A DNA stretch of 64,000 nt, from assembly GCA_965649765.1 (NCBI GenBank), contig OZ287751.1, positions 20,026,001 through 20,090,000 of the forward strand, in the 5' to 3' direction. The DNA comes from Bispira polyomma (Eukaryota). Below the pieces are notes generated by a model. It saw only the letters and a program-made list of their open reading frames with translations, was not told the origin of the DNA and made no database searches. The translations under genes were made by a program, and so were the position numbers. This document shows, piece after piece, positions 51,291-64,000 of the stretch; the first letter of the stretch is position 1, and the number at the start of each line of letters is the position of its first letter.

Positions 51291-52472
51291 TAATTCAGCA
51301 GTTCACTAACCTTTAAGATTGAGAATATCAAATCTTAAAAATAGGTTCAAAGTCAAAGATCAAACTGAGGTGTAAGTATCATCTTACACATAACCTATTA
51401 AGGTTATTGTTGTTATATTTTGTTAAAAATAGAGAAGTCATGCATTAGGTCTCTTGTGGTCTAGTGGTCAGGTAGTTGGTCTAGTGATTCAGAAAGTATC
51501 TGCTCCGACTCCCAGTTAGGAGAGTTGGTCTGATGATGAAAAGGTCACTGGTGTGAGTCCTGCTAATTGCAGATAGTTTCATTTCGTGGTATAACATCCT
51601 TGGACAAAATGTGAATGTGCCTTTACCTTGTGGCTTGATGACCACTTAAAATGGTGATCCTCTATCACTAGGTACTAGCCCCAGTAGCAAGCCAAAGATC
51701 CTTGGTAACATTGATAAATGGTCATTCTCAGGCCTCTTTCTCCATTTAGGGGAATTATAGTTAACTGATGTGAGTTCACCATTGGCGGTCGAGAAAAGGG
51801 TTAATTAGTGCTCTGACTACTAGTTTATACAGAAAAAGTACTGCGTATAAATTTCAGTATGAATGAATGTAAGAACTGTTGTTTTCCCAAGACAAATGTC
51901 ATTCTGGCATCATTTCTTGGTCAGTTTGCTGAGTTGCTTAATCTGCTATTTTATTCTTTCGTTGCTTGTTTCCGTGGTCTAGTGGTTAGAGAGTTGATCT
52001 TGTGATCAGAAGGTTCCCGGTTTGACTCTTGCTGGTGTAGTTGGTTTTGAAAATATAAAAAAATATAGAATTGCCGAGGTAGATTTACAAACTGACAGTT
52101 GCCGTTGAGCAAGTTGTTTGTTTAGCTCCTGGCTAATTGTACATTTGTACTTTGACAACATGCCTTAAACTCTTAGAAAGAAGTTTTGCTTGTATTTTTT
52201 TAGATTAAAAAGTTTCAGTATTAACAATGGAAACCACTCTACATGTTTTATATCACACACAATCATTCCATTGTCTGAGAGAATACACAGACATCAGGCA
52301 CTATAAATCGTTATCAAAATTTATGACATGTATTTTTTATGCTGACTGCTAACAATACAGTTATAAGTGGTTCAGCTGTGTTTGTATGTGGTTATTGGAA
52401 TGGTTATATTACAAGATCACAGACAAAGGCATACAACATGTACATTTCAAGGTATTAGCATTTGGTATCTAA

Positions 52473-53028
52473 TGCCGTGGTCACACTGAGCATGTTCGCG
52501 TTACTTTAAAATTCTGAAAACGCAAGAAAACAAAAATAAACGAAGTAAAAATTTGGGGAAAATCAATATATGGGCTGTTTTGTACACATTCTGTACATGT
52601 TTGTTCACATTTGTAATTGCATTTTACATGTTTTAAATAGTCGTTTTAATTATGTTTGTATCATTAGCCATGTTTTAAAATACCTTAGCCACCGTTTTCT
52701 AAACCGGTTTCATTCTCGTTCTCCTTTCTCGTTATTATTTTGATGTATAGTTCGTTTTACTCCCGTCCCTTATGTCATATACGCATTGAATACGTGTCAT
52801 ACGTTTTCCGCGAACACATTAACCCTTTCAGGAAAACACCCAACAATGTAAGAAATTTTGAGCAGCATGAAATTTTTTAACTTTTGACAAAAAGCAGGAC
52901 ATTAAGGGACCGTCTCACTCACGCATGCTTACGTTTACACTACGTTTTGCTGACGTTTCATTACGTTTTACCTTACATTAACGATTTTTTGTGCCTAATC
53001 GAAACGTAAGCTCAGTGTGACCACGGCA
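52473..53028. mobile_element. PIF/Harbinger-type MITE (inverted relative to 16328-16898)
   Basis: TIR TGCCGTGGTCACACTGAGC with TAA TSD. Confidence 0.88.
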
Positions 53029-56000
53029 TAAGGAACTTGGGAAAGACACCCTAATAAGTGAACAAAACATTTATTAGGTGCTAAAATCATGGGGAATTAT
53101 GAAGGACTGATAAAACACTTCCTGTACTGCCTTGTAAAGAAGAGATTTGTATATCAAGGACAAATCAAGTAAAGTGTATCTGCCACTGTGGCCTATTGGG
53201 GTAGCCAACTGACTTAAAAATAGGGAGGACCTGGGCTAAATCCAAGCGCGATGTTCTCAGATACAAGAAAATAGATAGCGGCTCAGATAAGCACTTAGAA
53301 TGCCAGACCTCTGTCATTGGGTCATTTGCAATAGGACAAGGCTAAACAAAGCTACCATCCCACACAGGCAACAAATATGTATGACAGCATTGTGATAATT
53401 TGTTGCCTATTGTCTACATTAATCCTGTGCAGTCACCCCGGTAAAAAACCCAACGAATTAACGTTTACAGTTGTAAAATGTATCAATGAGTGATTGAGTA
53501 TAGTGACTGTTGAAGAGAAACCTTGATAGAATGCACATGGTCAGCCATGGTGTGGTAGCCTTGAGGATGGCTCGGGTTTGTCAAAAAGTCAAAATTTGAT
53601 TTTGAACTATTCAGTACATGTATATATTTAATTTAGCATTTCAGTTATGTAATCATAGATTACTTGCCTTACATTATATACCCTGAAGATTTTCCTATTG
53701 AAAAAACATACTCTAATACTCTATTGTCAAAGAATGTAACTTTTTTGTGTCTTTAAAAGAATCTATTGCAGGATTGGTCAAGCCTAAAATTGTATAAACG
53801 TTAACTACTTTTTAGGATGTAAGTTAAGTAGGTTAGGGTCCTTGTTGGTAGTGTTCACTCTTTAAAAAAGAGGATCTCACTAACTGTACTCTATTTTTTC
53901 AAAGAATAAACAGCAACATGGATGCTAACCTATGCAGAAGTACTTTTGACTAGGAGATATCCCGACTTCTGACAATATATTAGTGATGGCAAACCAATTA
54001 ATGCCTGTTTACCTGTATCAGCGCCATCCAGTTTTAAAAAGTGGATATCTTTTTGGTGGAATTTCTATATCAAACAGATGTTCTGTAATTTAAACATAAC
54101 AATGTAATAATTGATTTAACCTGATAATCGCTTGATAATTGTGCTTGCTTCATTGTTAAAACAATATTTGCATTCATTTACAAGGTGTGTGTTAATTGTA
54201 AATGGGTGTTAATTGGTTTGCCACCACTGTGCCAAATTTGATTTAGACATAGTTTGAATTAGTTCCAATAAGATTATCCAACAAATGTAAGCCTGAAGCA
54301 AGTCTAATGATGTGGCAGTTGATGTGGAGCACAACTTGCTAGTCTGAGGTTTATCCTTGATGAATGTTGGTCTTTTCTTGTTAGCCTTGTACATGTATAT
54401 ATGACTCAGATCTGTCAGATACCCTCATCAGAGTTGTAACAAATTTGAAATATATAACACAGTAAATTTATTATTGTGTGAAAAATTTAGGAACAAATTC
54501 ACCTGTACAGTCCAAGCATCTGTTAGAAACTGAGTATCCAAATAAAGGAAAAGGGTGTGTGGTTTTGAATATGACAATGCAAATTCACGAAATAAATAGG
54601 TTAGTTTATCGGAATGATCTCTGTGGCGTAGTGGTTAGAGTGTCTGACTTTGGATCAGGGGGTCCAGGTACTATACCCTCGTTGCTGGCCTGGTGATTGT
54701 ACGCGTGGACAAGGTACTTTGCATAAAGTTGTCCCTCTCTTTACCCAGGTGTATAAATGTTTACGTGGCCGCTCATGGGTGTTAGTCTGTACCATATGTG
54801 GTACGTTGGCTAGTCTGCTTCTTGAGGGAGGTCAGACTGAACAGTTGGTTGACAAGTGGATGAAACCAGGCTTGGGGTTTAAATTGTAAAGTGGGATGAG
54901 ACCAAAATAGTTGTGATATCAGACTATAAAACTACACACATTTACATCAGTACTGATGAATACTTAGGAGTCACATCATAAATATGAAACATAACAACCA
55001 CCATGAGAAAGGCTAACTATTTTATAGTGAAGTAACAAAAGTTTTGATTTACTCTGTTGAAGGCCACCAGTTTAAGGTCCATATCTGAAATTCAGCTGTT
55101 ACCATTTATTAGTACATGTACTGAGTAGGTACTTGCAGTATGTATTACCTTACATCAAACATTCCTGTTGATCTTTGTGGTAATGAAAAGTAGTTAACTA
55201 AAGGAGAACACATGTATTAAAAGAAGTAACAAAGAGTATATGCAGAGACCAGTTTAGACCAGTTTCTTCCAGGATGTGGACCACCTCTGTGCCAGACACA
55301 CACAGCCTTGTACATAGTAGAAAGTCTCCTTGAACTGACAAACTAACTTCTACTCATACTTGGTAGCAGCCTGGGTGTCCAATGCTAACCTCGCGTAGGG
55401 CTCATGTTTGGAAAAAAGTGTCATTTAATTTGATTTGGGTTTAACTTGGTTTTCAACACATTGTATGGGTCATATCATGACAAGCAGTTTTAGTGCTGAA
55501 GGAAACCTGTGTGTACTAGTTTGTTAAAATTCTACACTGAAAACCAGCAACTATCAACAAGTAACTGCCAACTTTCCTAATTAAAGGGCCGCCTGGAAGA
55601 GATTCAAACTTGGACCCTTAGGGAAGAAAATCTCATTCGATTAAGAACTCATTTAAATTATGTAAAGACCTTTTGCATAAAGCCAAAAATGTAATCAAAA
55701 AACAAATTCCACAATTAATTTAATTTATTATAATGTTCACAGGCATTCAATGTTCACAGGCATAATACTGGTCAGGTCATAATTCCTTCTATGGTGGCTT
55801 AAGCCCAGGTGGCTTTTTAATACCAAAAGGAAAGTTTTTGTTATTAATAGAATACAATATTAATTGAACTAGAGAAAGTCATAACTTATTTGAAAAATAT
55901 CCACATTTTATGTTGGCCGGTATTATTACCTAATCAGTATTGAGAATGCGGCTTTATACAAGAAACAGCTTCTCTCCTGGTCATCAGAAGATGATGTTAC

Positions 56001-58204
56001 TTATATGAGCACATTGTGCATCAATTAAATGTCTTTCATATTTTGAATTAGTAGCAAAACAAATGAGACTTCCTGACAAACATGAGCCTAAAGCAAGGCT
56101 ATGTTGATTAATGGTTAAGTTGACACAGCCTATGTAGACAAGAATAGCCTTTTAAAAAGGCAGGTCGGACGGTGGTGTTATGAAGTACATGAGAAAGATT
56201 CTAATATGAGCTTTAATATGCTTTTTCTTCATAAAGACTTATTAAGTATTATCCAAGTTATATGTACAAACTTTTTTGCTTAGTAGTACCTATTTTGCTA
56301 GTGATTAGACTTACTTTCCATTAAGTCAGCTATGACACGTTACCGGACACAAGAATGCCAGATGTTAATAAGGTTTGTTAGCTTTTTTAACATAAAACAT
56401 TGTATTTCTACATTAAATAATTAATTTCTTTTCCTTATTTTTTCGTATGAACTAAACGTCTATAAGTCCACCTATATAAGAGCAATATATTAACCATTAG
56501 TATGAGACAAATACAGTATTTAACATTAACCATGATAAAACAAGGTATAGGTTTTCATGAATATGAGCAATAAATCTATAACCCCCTCCTGTATTGTTTA
56601 TCTTAAACCTGGCGTACAACATGGCGGCCCCAAGCTAACGATCCCTTTAAAAGGTCTATGAACTTAAAAAAAAATGCTGCAATTCAAGACATTTTTCTGA
56701 AGTTTCTTTCTTACAAGAAAACCTTTCAACTATATTACAACTATAAGAGCTGGAGATATGTGTGTAGTTAAATATATGGAAAGGGAATACGCATCGGGTC
56801 TCGGATGCGCAAGTATTTACTTAGGCATCGAGTCCCTGATGTACAAGTAATTAATTAAGCATCAGGTTACGATTTATATTTTTTATTAAAGCAAATGTGT
56901 GAGAGTTTATTATACAAGAGAGAGTTTATTATACAGGCCTGCTTAATTATTTAATTGATTTGATTTTTACTATGTAGTAGAAGTCTATGTTAGCGATTAC
57001 TGTCAAGTCGAATGTCAGAAACAGTTAAATATCCTTATATATGGAAGTTGGTGCTTTGAGGTGCTCCCAATGATGATAGATTGCCTAATTAGCATAAATG
57101 CACATGCTTCACTTCCGAGATATACACTAGTCACGGGCTTAATTAAATTTATCTTTTATAAGTGTATAAGGCAATGCATTAACAGAACTTCACGGAACTG
57201 TCAGAAAATGGACATACCTATATAAAATTTAATCTGGTATTCAGAGCGTTAATTAACCCTTTCCTGAAATTCACCTAACTTAAAAGAAAGAGGCTTAAGG
57301 ATGACCATTTATCAACATCTCCAAGGATCTTTAGCCACTGGGTATAGGACCCAGTAACAGAGGACTGCCATTTTAAGTGGTCATCCGAGCCACTAGGCTG
57401 AAAAAGCTGGCAGTCATAATAACACTAGTGCTGACACCTTTTCAACAGAGTGAGAATGTGTAAAATGCAGTCATACAGTGTTTCACCAACAGTAAAGACT
57501 TGTAAGCAAGTCTAAATTCATAGAGGAATATAGAGTAACGATCATAATGCCCTGAACGAAGGACCTTGCACAAGGTCTAAATCTATAGCAGCCTTTGTCA
57601 AGGACTAGCTAGTCTTAAATCCCTATTTTTATAAGAGTATCTCCTCTCCTGGATTAAATATATCTGCAGTGTTTATGTATGCTAAGTAATATACATTGGC
57701 ACATGGGACTCTACATTTTTTCTGTTTGAAAGATTGGGCTGCCATGATTATGACTTTTGGCCCTGTGGACTGTTAAGTATATCCCAGGGCTCATATGCTT
57801 ACATCCCACGCTCATTATGTTTACATACACAAAGAAAGTACATCACAAATTGCCAAGGTCAGACAGGCACAGATTTCTTTATGTTCTAAGCCTTTCTGAG
57901 GCTCTAGTTTTGTCCAAAAACTTGGTGCAAAATGTGCTGGTAGATGTTGTTTCTTAGATAATACAAACAATATTTATGGTATATATGTTGCTAAACTACA
58001 GTAAAACCAAACATTTTATTCAGATAACAAAAGTTTTGTTTTGGGGTACACTAATAGGCCAATGTATGATTGGAACAGTCACATTGTGTTCATAAAATAA
58101 AACTGACCGCGCCAAAAATCTAGGAGTCACTTTTGACTTCAAAAACAAGTTTAAAACTTCTGTCGTTCCTACTGCTGCAACATTTGTGACTTTTGTACGG
58201 TTTG

Positions 58205-58345
58205 TTGAAGCCTAACTCTGGAAAATATTGTTGTAGTTGCAAATGCCCTGGTAGCAAGTCAACTTGATTACTGCAATTCTCTACTGTATGGCATCAGCCA
58301 GGGGCGAAGCAACAGGCTGCAGAAAATTTAAAACAATTGTATGCC
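58205..58345 (+). pseudogene. L2 LINE ORF2 fragment
   Basis: VANALVASQLDYCNSLLYGISQGRSNRLQKI*NN matches the L2 LV.SRLDYCNSLL.G....L.RLQ.VQN motif. Confidence 0.8.
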
Positions 58346-58553
58346 ATGCTGGTCCGTGTTCACACACCATATATATCACTTGAAAGTAATCTACAGTAAT
58401 CTAGAGTAGTCTATCAGCCCAAACCTAAAAATTTATATATTCAACACCTCTGTATAGTGAACATTTTGACCCAGTCCCCAGAGTGTTTACTATACTTAGG
58501 TTTTTGCACTACACACATAACTGTAAGGTCTATATCTGTGTGTTTATTTTCAG

Positions 58554-58670
58554 ATTGACTTGGTGACCAGTGTGGAGACCCTGTATAAATTTGTGGAGAA
58601 ATGCATGCTCCCTGTAGAAATAGGTGGCCAACTGATTTACCAGCACAAAGACTGGGTCAACTTCAGAATG
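58554..58670 (+). CDS. PLEKHG4: RhoGEF exon, end of the CRAL-TRIO domain
   Basis: ttttcag|ATT...ATG|gtgagt, 117 nt, phase 0/0. IDLVTSVETLYKFVEKCMLPVEIGGQLIYQHKDWVNFRM fits the L..L.K.V....L..E.GG.L.Y.H..W..FR motif. Confidence 0.93.
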
Positions 58671-59456
58671 GTGAGTAAAACAGTCAAAGAGTACGATCAG
58701 TCAAAAAATGAGAGAATTTCTATTTTAGAAATGTTTTTAGAAATGTTTATAGCAATGTTTGTAGCAATTGCTATCATGCATGTGGTCAGCTCAGTCAGTT
58801 TGTGTATGCATTGACAATATGTTTTGGAGGATAGTTTGAAAAATTTGGGTTTATTTATACATATACTGTACCGGACCCGGTTTGCAGGCCATATTAATGT
58901 TGCTCATTTAAAGGTTCAAAGCTATTTTTTCGGCAAGGTTCTTCCATTCTGCACATTACATAAGGGCATTATGGGAGTAAAAACAACCACAGTTTTTTCT
59001 CGAGTAAAAGTTCATAATATTTCTCACACCAAAAATTTTAACAGTACCCATGACCTGCAAGTGCTGAGACCTGTGGGCAGGGGTGTGTCAGTAAAAATAC
59101 CAAACTAATCGAGGCGCATCACACTGGGTCACTAGCTAACTCTTATTTTTATGTACAAATCATAGACATCTTTGACAGATGTAATACATTTTGTTTAGTG
59201 TAAATAATACTGTTTAACTTAAAAGTGTTTTGTTAACACATATGTAATAAGTACAGTAAAACCTATTTTTTTTAACCTGTTGGAAAAAAGATTGAAAAGA
59301 GCAAGATTTTGTTTTGATAATATAAAATTCCATAATGCTTCAAGAAAAGTAAATTTGTGCATAGAATTGAATATTCGGATAATAGAAGTTTGGATAATGG
59401 TGGTTGGACAGTCTTACGTGTGTGATGAAAGCCTGTGTAGTCAGTTGTATCTACTA

Positions 59457-59629
59457 CAGTCAAACCCCTTTAAGTAAAACTCTGATAAGTGGAATTATCT
59501 GTTAAGTAGAAGTTATTTTAATGTCCCATTGCTATATTTAAAATTAAAATTTACCCCGTTAAGTCGAATTTCTGATAAGTAGAACAAATTTTTAGGGTCC
59601 CTTCAGATTCGACTTAACAGGGTTTCACT
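59457..59629. mobile_element. Tigger/pogo-like MITE (family whose TIR seeds the 21-bp repeat at 5857)
   Basis: TA|CAGTCAAACCCCTTTAAG...CTTAACAGGGTTTCACTA|TA. Confidence 0.75.
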
Positions 59630-60395
59630 ATATGTGATATAAAGAAGTAAAGACTTTGTCTGTAAATATGTCATTGCACAGTTATATTTCACTGTTGTTG
59701 CCTCATTGTGAATAAAATAGGTCTAAACCAAAAAAAAAAAGAAGGCATTAAGTCTCCCCAGTTCAAAAACAAAAGCTGCCAGCATAAATGTCACGATTAG
59801 ACAGTAACAAGACAGAAAAAGTCAGTTTTCTGAAACATTGGCAATTATTTTAAATAATACAATTACTTTATATTAATGTGTCAAAAATTTTATTTAATTC
59901 ATACATTGTGTAAACATGTTGCTGTAATGTAAATGTACCTGAGGGTAAGGTATCATGGTATACTTAATACATATTAAAAGAAATGATGGGTTAAAAATTT
60001 GTATTTCATTTGCAGCCCAAAATTGCAGCAGAATATTAAATACAACATTACCCTCAGATGTTAAACCAGAGTTTCCTCATTAAGAGAAACAGCTAGAATG
60101 AATGAATAAAGGGCATATACAAGTATTTGTGTACAATCCATAATCAATGCGACACACTCAACAAGTATTATATGGGTGCATAATAGATATTAAATCCACA
60201 AATTTAATTAATAACAAGAGGCGCCGGGCCTTTTAATAGTCCTTATAGAGCCTGCATAATTGACACACATAAATTTATTGCTTTTGTCAGGGTAAAGAGA
60301 TAATGATGGGGGTGGAGCCAAGGGGGTGGGGGATGCATGAATCCAGGCATTATTTGTCCAGTAAATGGTACTTACGAGAAGCACAAGGGAGACCT

Positions 60396-60641
60396 GAGCT
60401 GGTATTCGTCAACGTATACTCAGCTTAAACTCATACTCAACTCAATTTTGGATTTGCGATAACTCTGAATACAGCAAACATATCTAAAATCTGACTTCAT
60501 ATTTGAATTCAGCATTGAAAGCTCTATTAAAATAAATGGTCATAAGTATCGGTTATTTCCATGTACATGGATTTCCATATGGCCTGTATTTGAGTTGAGT
60601 ATGAGTTTAAGCTGAGTATACGTTCGAAAATACAGGCCCTG
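60396..60641. mobile_element. MITE with ~50-bp TIRs
   Basis: AACGTATACTCAGCTTAAACTCATACTCAACTCAA and its exact reverse complement TTGAGTTGAGTATGAGTTTAAGCTGAGTATACGTT. Confidence 0.85.
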
Positions 60642-63281
60642 TAGTCTAAATTCTAACTGCAATGCAGTTTGTTGTTGTTGGGCTGACACACAAGTCCCTG
60701 GGGGTAGAAAACCATGCAAGTATTCTTATATTACCCAAGCTGGGCTATCTCAGCAAACAACCCCCCCCCCCCCTCAATCACCCCATTGTTTTGTGGATGA
60801 TGCCCTGTGCATTGAGTTAATAATAATGATTTAAATGTTATCATTGGGAGGATGTCTCTCCCCCCCCCCCCCCACTCTCTGCTGTTGACCTTGGCATTTT
60901 AGTTTAATAAATGGTTTGTAGTTGAGGGGGGGGGGGGGGGGGGTTGCTGAGAACTAACTAATGAGTGAAAAGATTTACAGATCAGGAACTAGACAATCTG
61001 TTCAGGTCCCTCAAGTCTTTGGTAAATGTAAATTAACCAACTGTTGGATTTTATTTTTCTCAGGGCCAACAAACAACTAACTGCTGAACCACTTGTGTGT
61101 CTATTTTTAGATAAAACATGTGTTCTGTTACTATTTTTAAAAGGTGCATGTTATTGCTAGATATAGATCTCAGATTTCAGTGGAAAACATAATAAAGATA
61201 GTAAAATGTCAGTGGGGGGAAACAACTGCTTTTCAAAAAGGCGACCATAAATAGGATAACATAATAGAGCTGTTGTGAAGAATTAGTGGAGCAATCCGTC
61301 AGTGCATTGGTGACATTTTAATTCTACCAAATAGTTGGCCATGCATAAAAACAAAAAAAAAGTTGTTTTAAAGATTTTTTTTTCTAACAGAGTATTATTC
61401 ACTGCTGAAAGAAAAGGTTCCCAGCAAGTTTTGTGTACTTTTTTGGGAGCATTTATAGATGTATTTTCGGCAACATGAAAGCTTTGTAGTTTTTTTTATG
61501 GATATATATGCATGTACTCTATATAATAATGGCTGTATACAGAAGACTGGTGTGACAGTCTCTTTAAAGCGAATTGCTTCACATTGCTTTTTACATGCAC
61601 GACATTTTGGAGCGTCCAGTTCTTTGAAATTATCTCAAAATAGGTTTTTTCTTTGCCCATTTCAGTTTTAACACTGGGGCCCCTGTATTTTACAAGCCAA
61701 GTCTCAGGCTTAAATCTAGGTATACATCCGGGTATACTTTCGTGCGCTAGATTTAAGCCTAATACTTGGGGCTAAGTCCGTTAGTGAATACGGGCCCTGG
61801 GGAACATGAAACAGTATTTTAATACACACGTAAAATCATTTGGGTGGTAAATTTAGATACATATTAGGAGAACATTGTACAAAAGAAAGAAATCATGTTT
61901 AAAGAACTGAAAAAGAGAAGATACATAGATGTAAATGAATTGATAGAAAAATTGTTTTTAATATTGTACTTCTGGTGCTTAATTAAAACTTGTGAATTAA
62001 GGAATAACACATGGTTTGCCTTTGGTTACTACACCTTCAATCATAGTAAAAAAAAGAATTACCATATATATGTTTGGTATGTGTAAGTTTGATTCTAACA
62101 TGACAAATTAAATAATTACTGTGAATTCTACTGTATTTAGTGGAATATTATATGTTACTGGAGGAACTATTTTCCTCTGGGCATCAATCCTATATGGACA
62201 AAAATGGCCCATATGTAAATGGTGAATTTTTACTGAAGCTTTCGGCCAATCAGAATTGCTGACACAGCTAGGTCATGTCAGAATAATGTAATATATTACC
62301 TATATAATAATGAAGGCCAAGTTCTAAGGTATTTTTATATGGTAAGGATGCTGTCATCTGCAAATAATATTATTCAAATGTCAACTGAACATGCATTCCT
62401 TCCATGATAAGCAAACATTCTTGGTTCTCTGCTAGTTTTTGCCATTGTGCACTTGACATGCAACCAGTATTAAACATTGTATGTTATAAAAATACTGTTT
62501 AGTTTATCAAATGGTTTTTGTAACCCTGTAATATTATTCTGTAAACAATGGGAAAGTGAACTTTATTTGTAAATTGAAACAATGTGCTTTTTATTAGGGA
62601 TTTTACTCAGGGAAATATTTGTAAGTAAAAAAAAAGTTGCGGCTAGTTTGAGAGCTATTTTTTTATAAATGAGAAGCCAAACTAAAAAGGTGACTGGGAC
62701 TTGTGTTTTGAAAAAATATTGTGGTTACAATTCAAATTTTTATTGGCAATTCGATGATCTTTACACTTAGGAAATATAAACTGTTTCCTGAATTGCATTA
62801 AAAATATTTTGTATAATATACTGATTTAGAAGTTCTAATATAAAGATAATAACTGCAGTATTATTTAATCCAATGGACAATAATTGACGTGCATTTGCAT
62901 TTCACAATAAATGTACTGTAACATTTTCTAGCTAATATATGTTACCCTTTTGTTAAAAGTCCTTGATATTTACTGATATATAATGTGTATTCATCATTTC
63001 AATGGAAGCTGACATTAAGTAAGCTTGGATCACAAAACAATAAATGCTAAAATGCGGAACACCCCGAAATTAATCCAAAATGGTCTATACATAGTCATCC
63101 AAATAGGATATTTGTAAAAACTTAAGAAGTCAAAGTTGGGAATATGTTTGTATGGATATACTGTGTGTATTAGAATTAAAATTTTCAGTGTAATTCATTT
63201 GTCGTAAAATTACCATGCTTCTATTAATGTTGCCCATATTCAGTTGTAATGTCAAGCATCTTGTGCCAATTATATTTTCAG

Positions 63282-63532
63282 ATTCTGGATCCATTTCTGG
63301 AAGATTGCCGATGCGTTGCCCGTTTGCTTTTACGTGTGATGCATGACATGACCTTGACCTCAACTATGCCCGACACCTCTAAGGAGGCGGGTGAATTGCT
63401 GGAACAGCATGAAAACTGTGTGAGTAAGGCCCTGGAAGAGCCCATGCTGAAGTCCTTACAGAATACTGGAGAAGACACCCTGACCATGATCAAGGAGGAA
63501 GTGTTCATGCATGGATCTCAGCCAGATTACAA
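63282..63532 (+). CDS. PLEKHG4: RhoGEF exon, first spectrin-like helical segment
   Basis: attttcag|ATT, phase 0, continuing the previous exon: ILDPFLEDCRCVARLL...EAGELLEQHENCVSKALEEPMLKSLQNTGEDTL...PDY. The donor AA|gtacga is inferred. Confidence 0.85.
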
Positions 63533-64000
63533 GTACGAAATACTCAAATATACTTTGATACCTTAATTATCCACTGTAACGTAATAATAGCATTTTCGTG
63601 GTTGATACGAGCCAGGAAGTGTCACTATTTTACTAGAAGCATTTATGACTTTCGCTTCACCCCCCCCCCCCCCCCATCTCGTTTAAACCTGTGTGTGTGA
63701 TACTGGTAAGAGCTAAGTTTAAATTATGAGTTTATTATTATAAAGAAGAAAAAAAAGACTGTGAATCCTAATTACCTGAGTATCCATTATAGAAATGTTT
63801 AGATTGATAATCTACCGATCATTACCTTTTATAGTAAAAATTAAGGTACAGGTGAACCTCTGTTATCTGAACATCTTGGAACAGCCCCAAAAAATTCAGA
63901 TAATAGAAGGTTAATAAAATAGAAGAGATATATAGTATACCGGGTAAAAGAATATGAAAATGTAAAATTTGGGAAAGTAGAAATGTGTTCACAAAATTTA

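Overview
AT-rich, repeat-dense animal genomic DNA; the SINE/MITE repertoire suggests a lophotrochozoan, probably a mollusc (inference). Most of the window is the intron-rich 5' half of a + strand ARHGEF40/PLEKHG4/PLEKHG4B (Solo/puratrophin/quattro)-family RhoGEF gene. Seven phase-compatible coding exons lie between 12990 and 63532 and encode the N-terminal conserved domain, the CRAL-TRIO/SEC14 domain and the start of the spectrin-like region. Its first exon and the DH-PH exons were not found here. The introns hold tRNA-derived SINEs, decayed L2/CR1 fragments, Tigger/pogo, Tc1/mariner-type and PIF/Harbinger-type MITEs, and TE-derived tandem repeats. The standout is an intact, intronless minus-strand ORF at 159-1499. 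It encodes an L1/Tx1-type ORF1p (coiled coil, RRM, CTD) fused in frame to a complete NADAR/YbiA-family domain with conserved motif residues. This suggests a retrotransposon protein carrying a candidate (ADP-ribosyl)guanine glycohydrolase. All calls come from reading the sequence by eye; no database searches were run.
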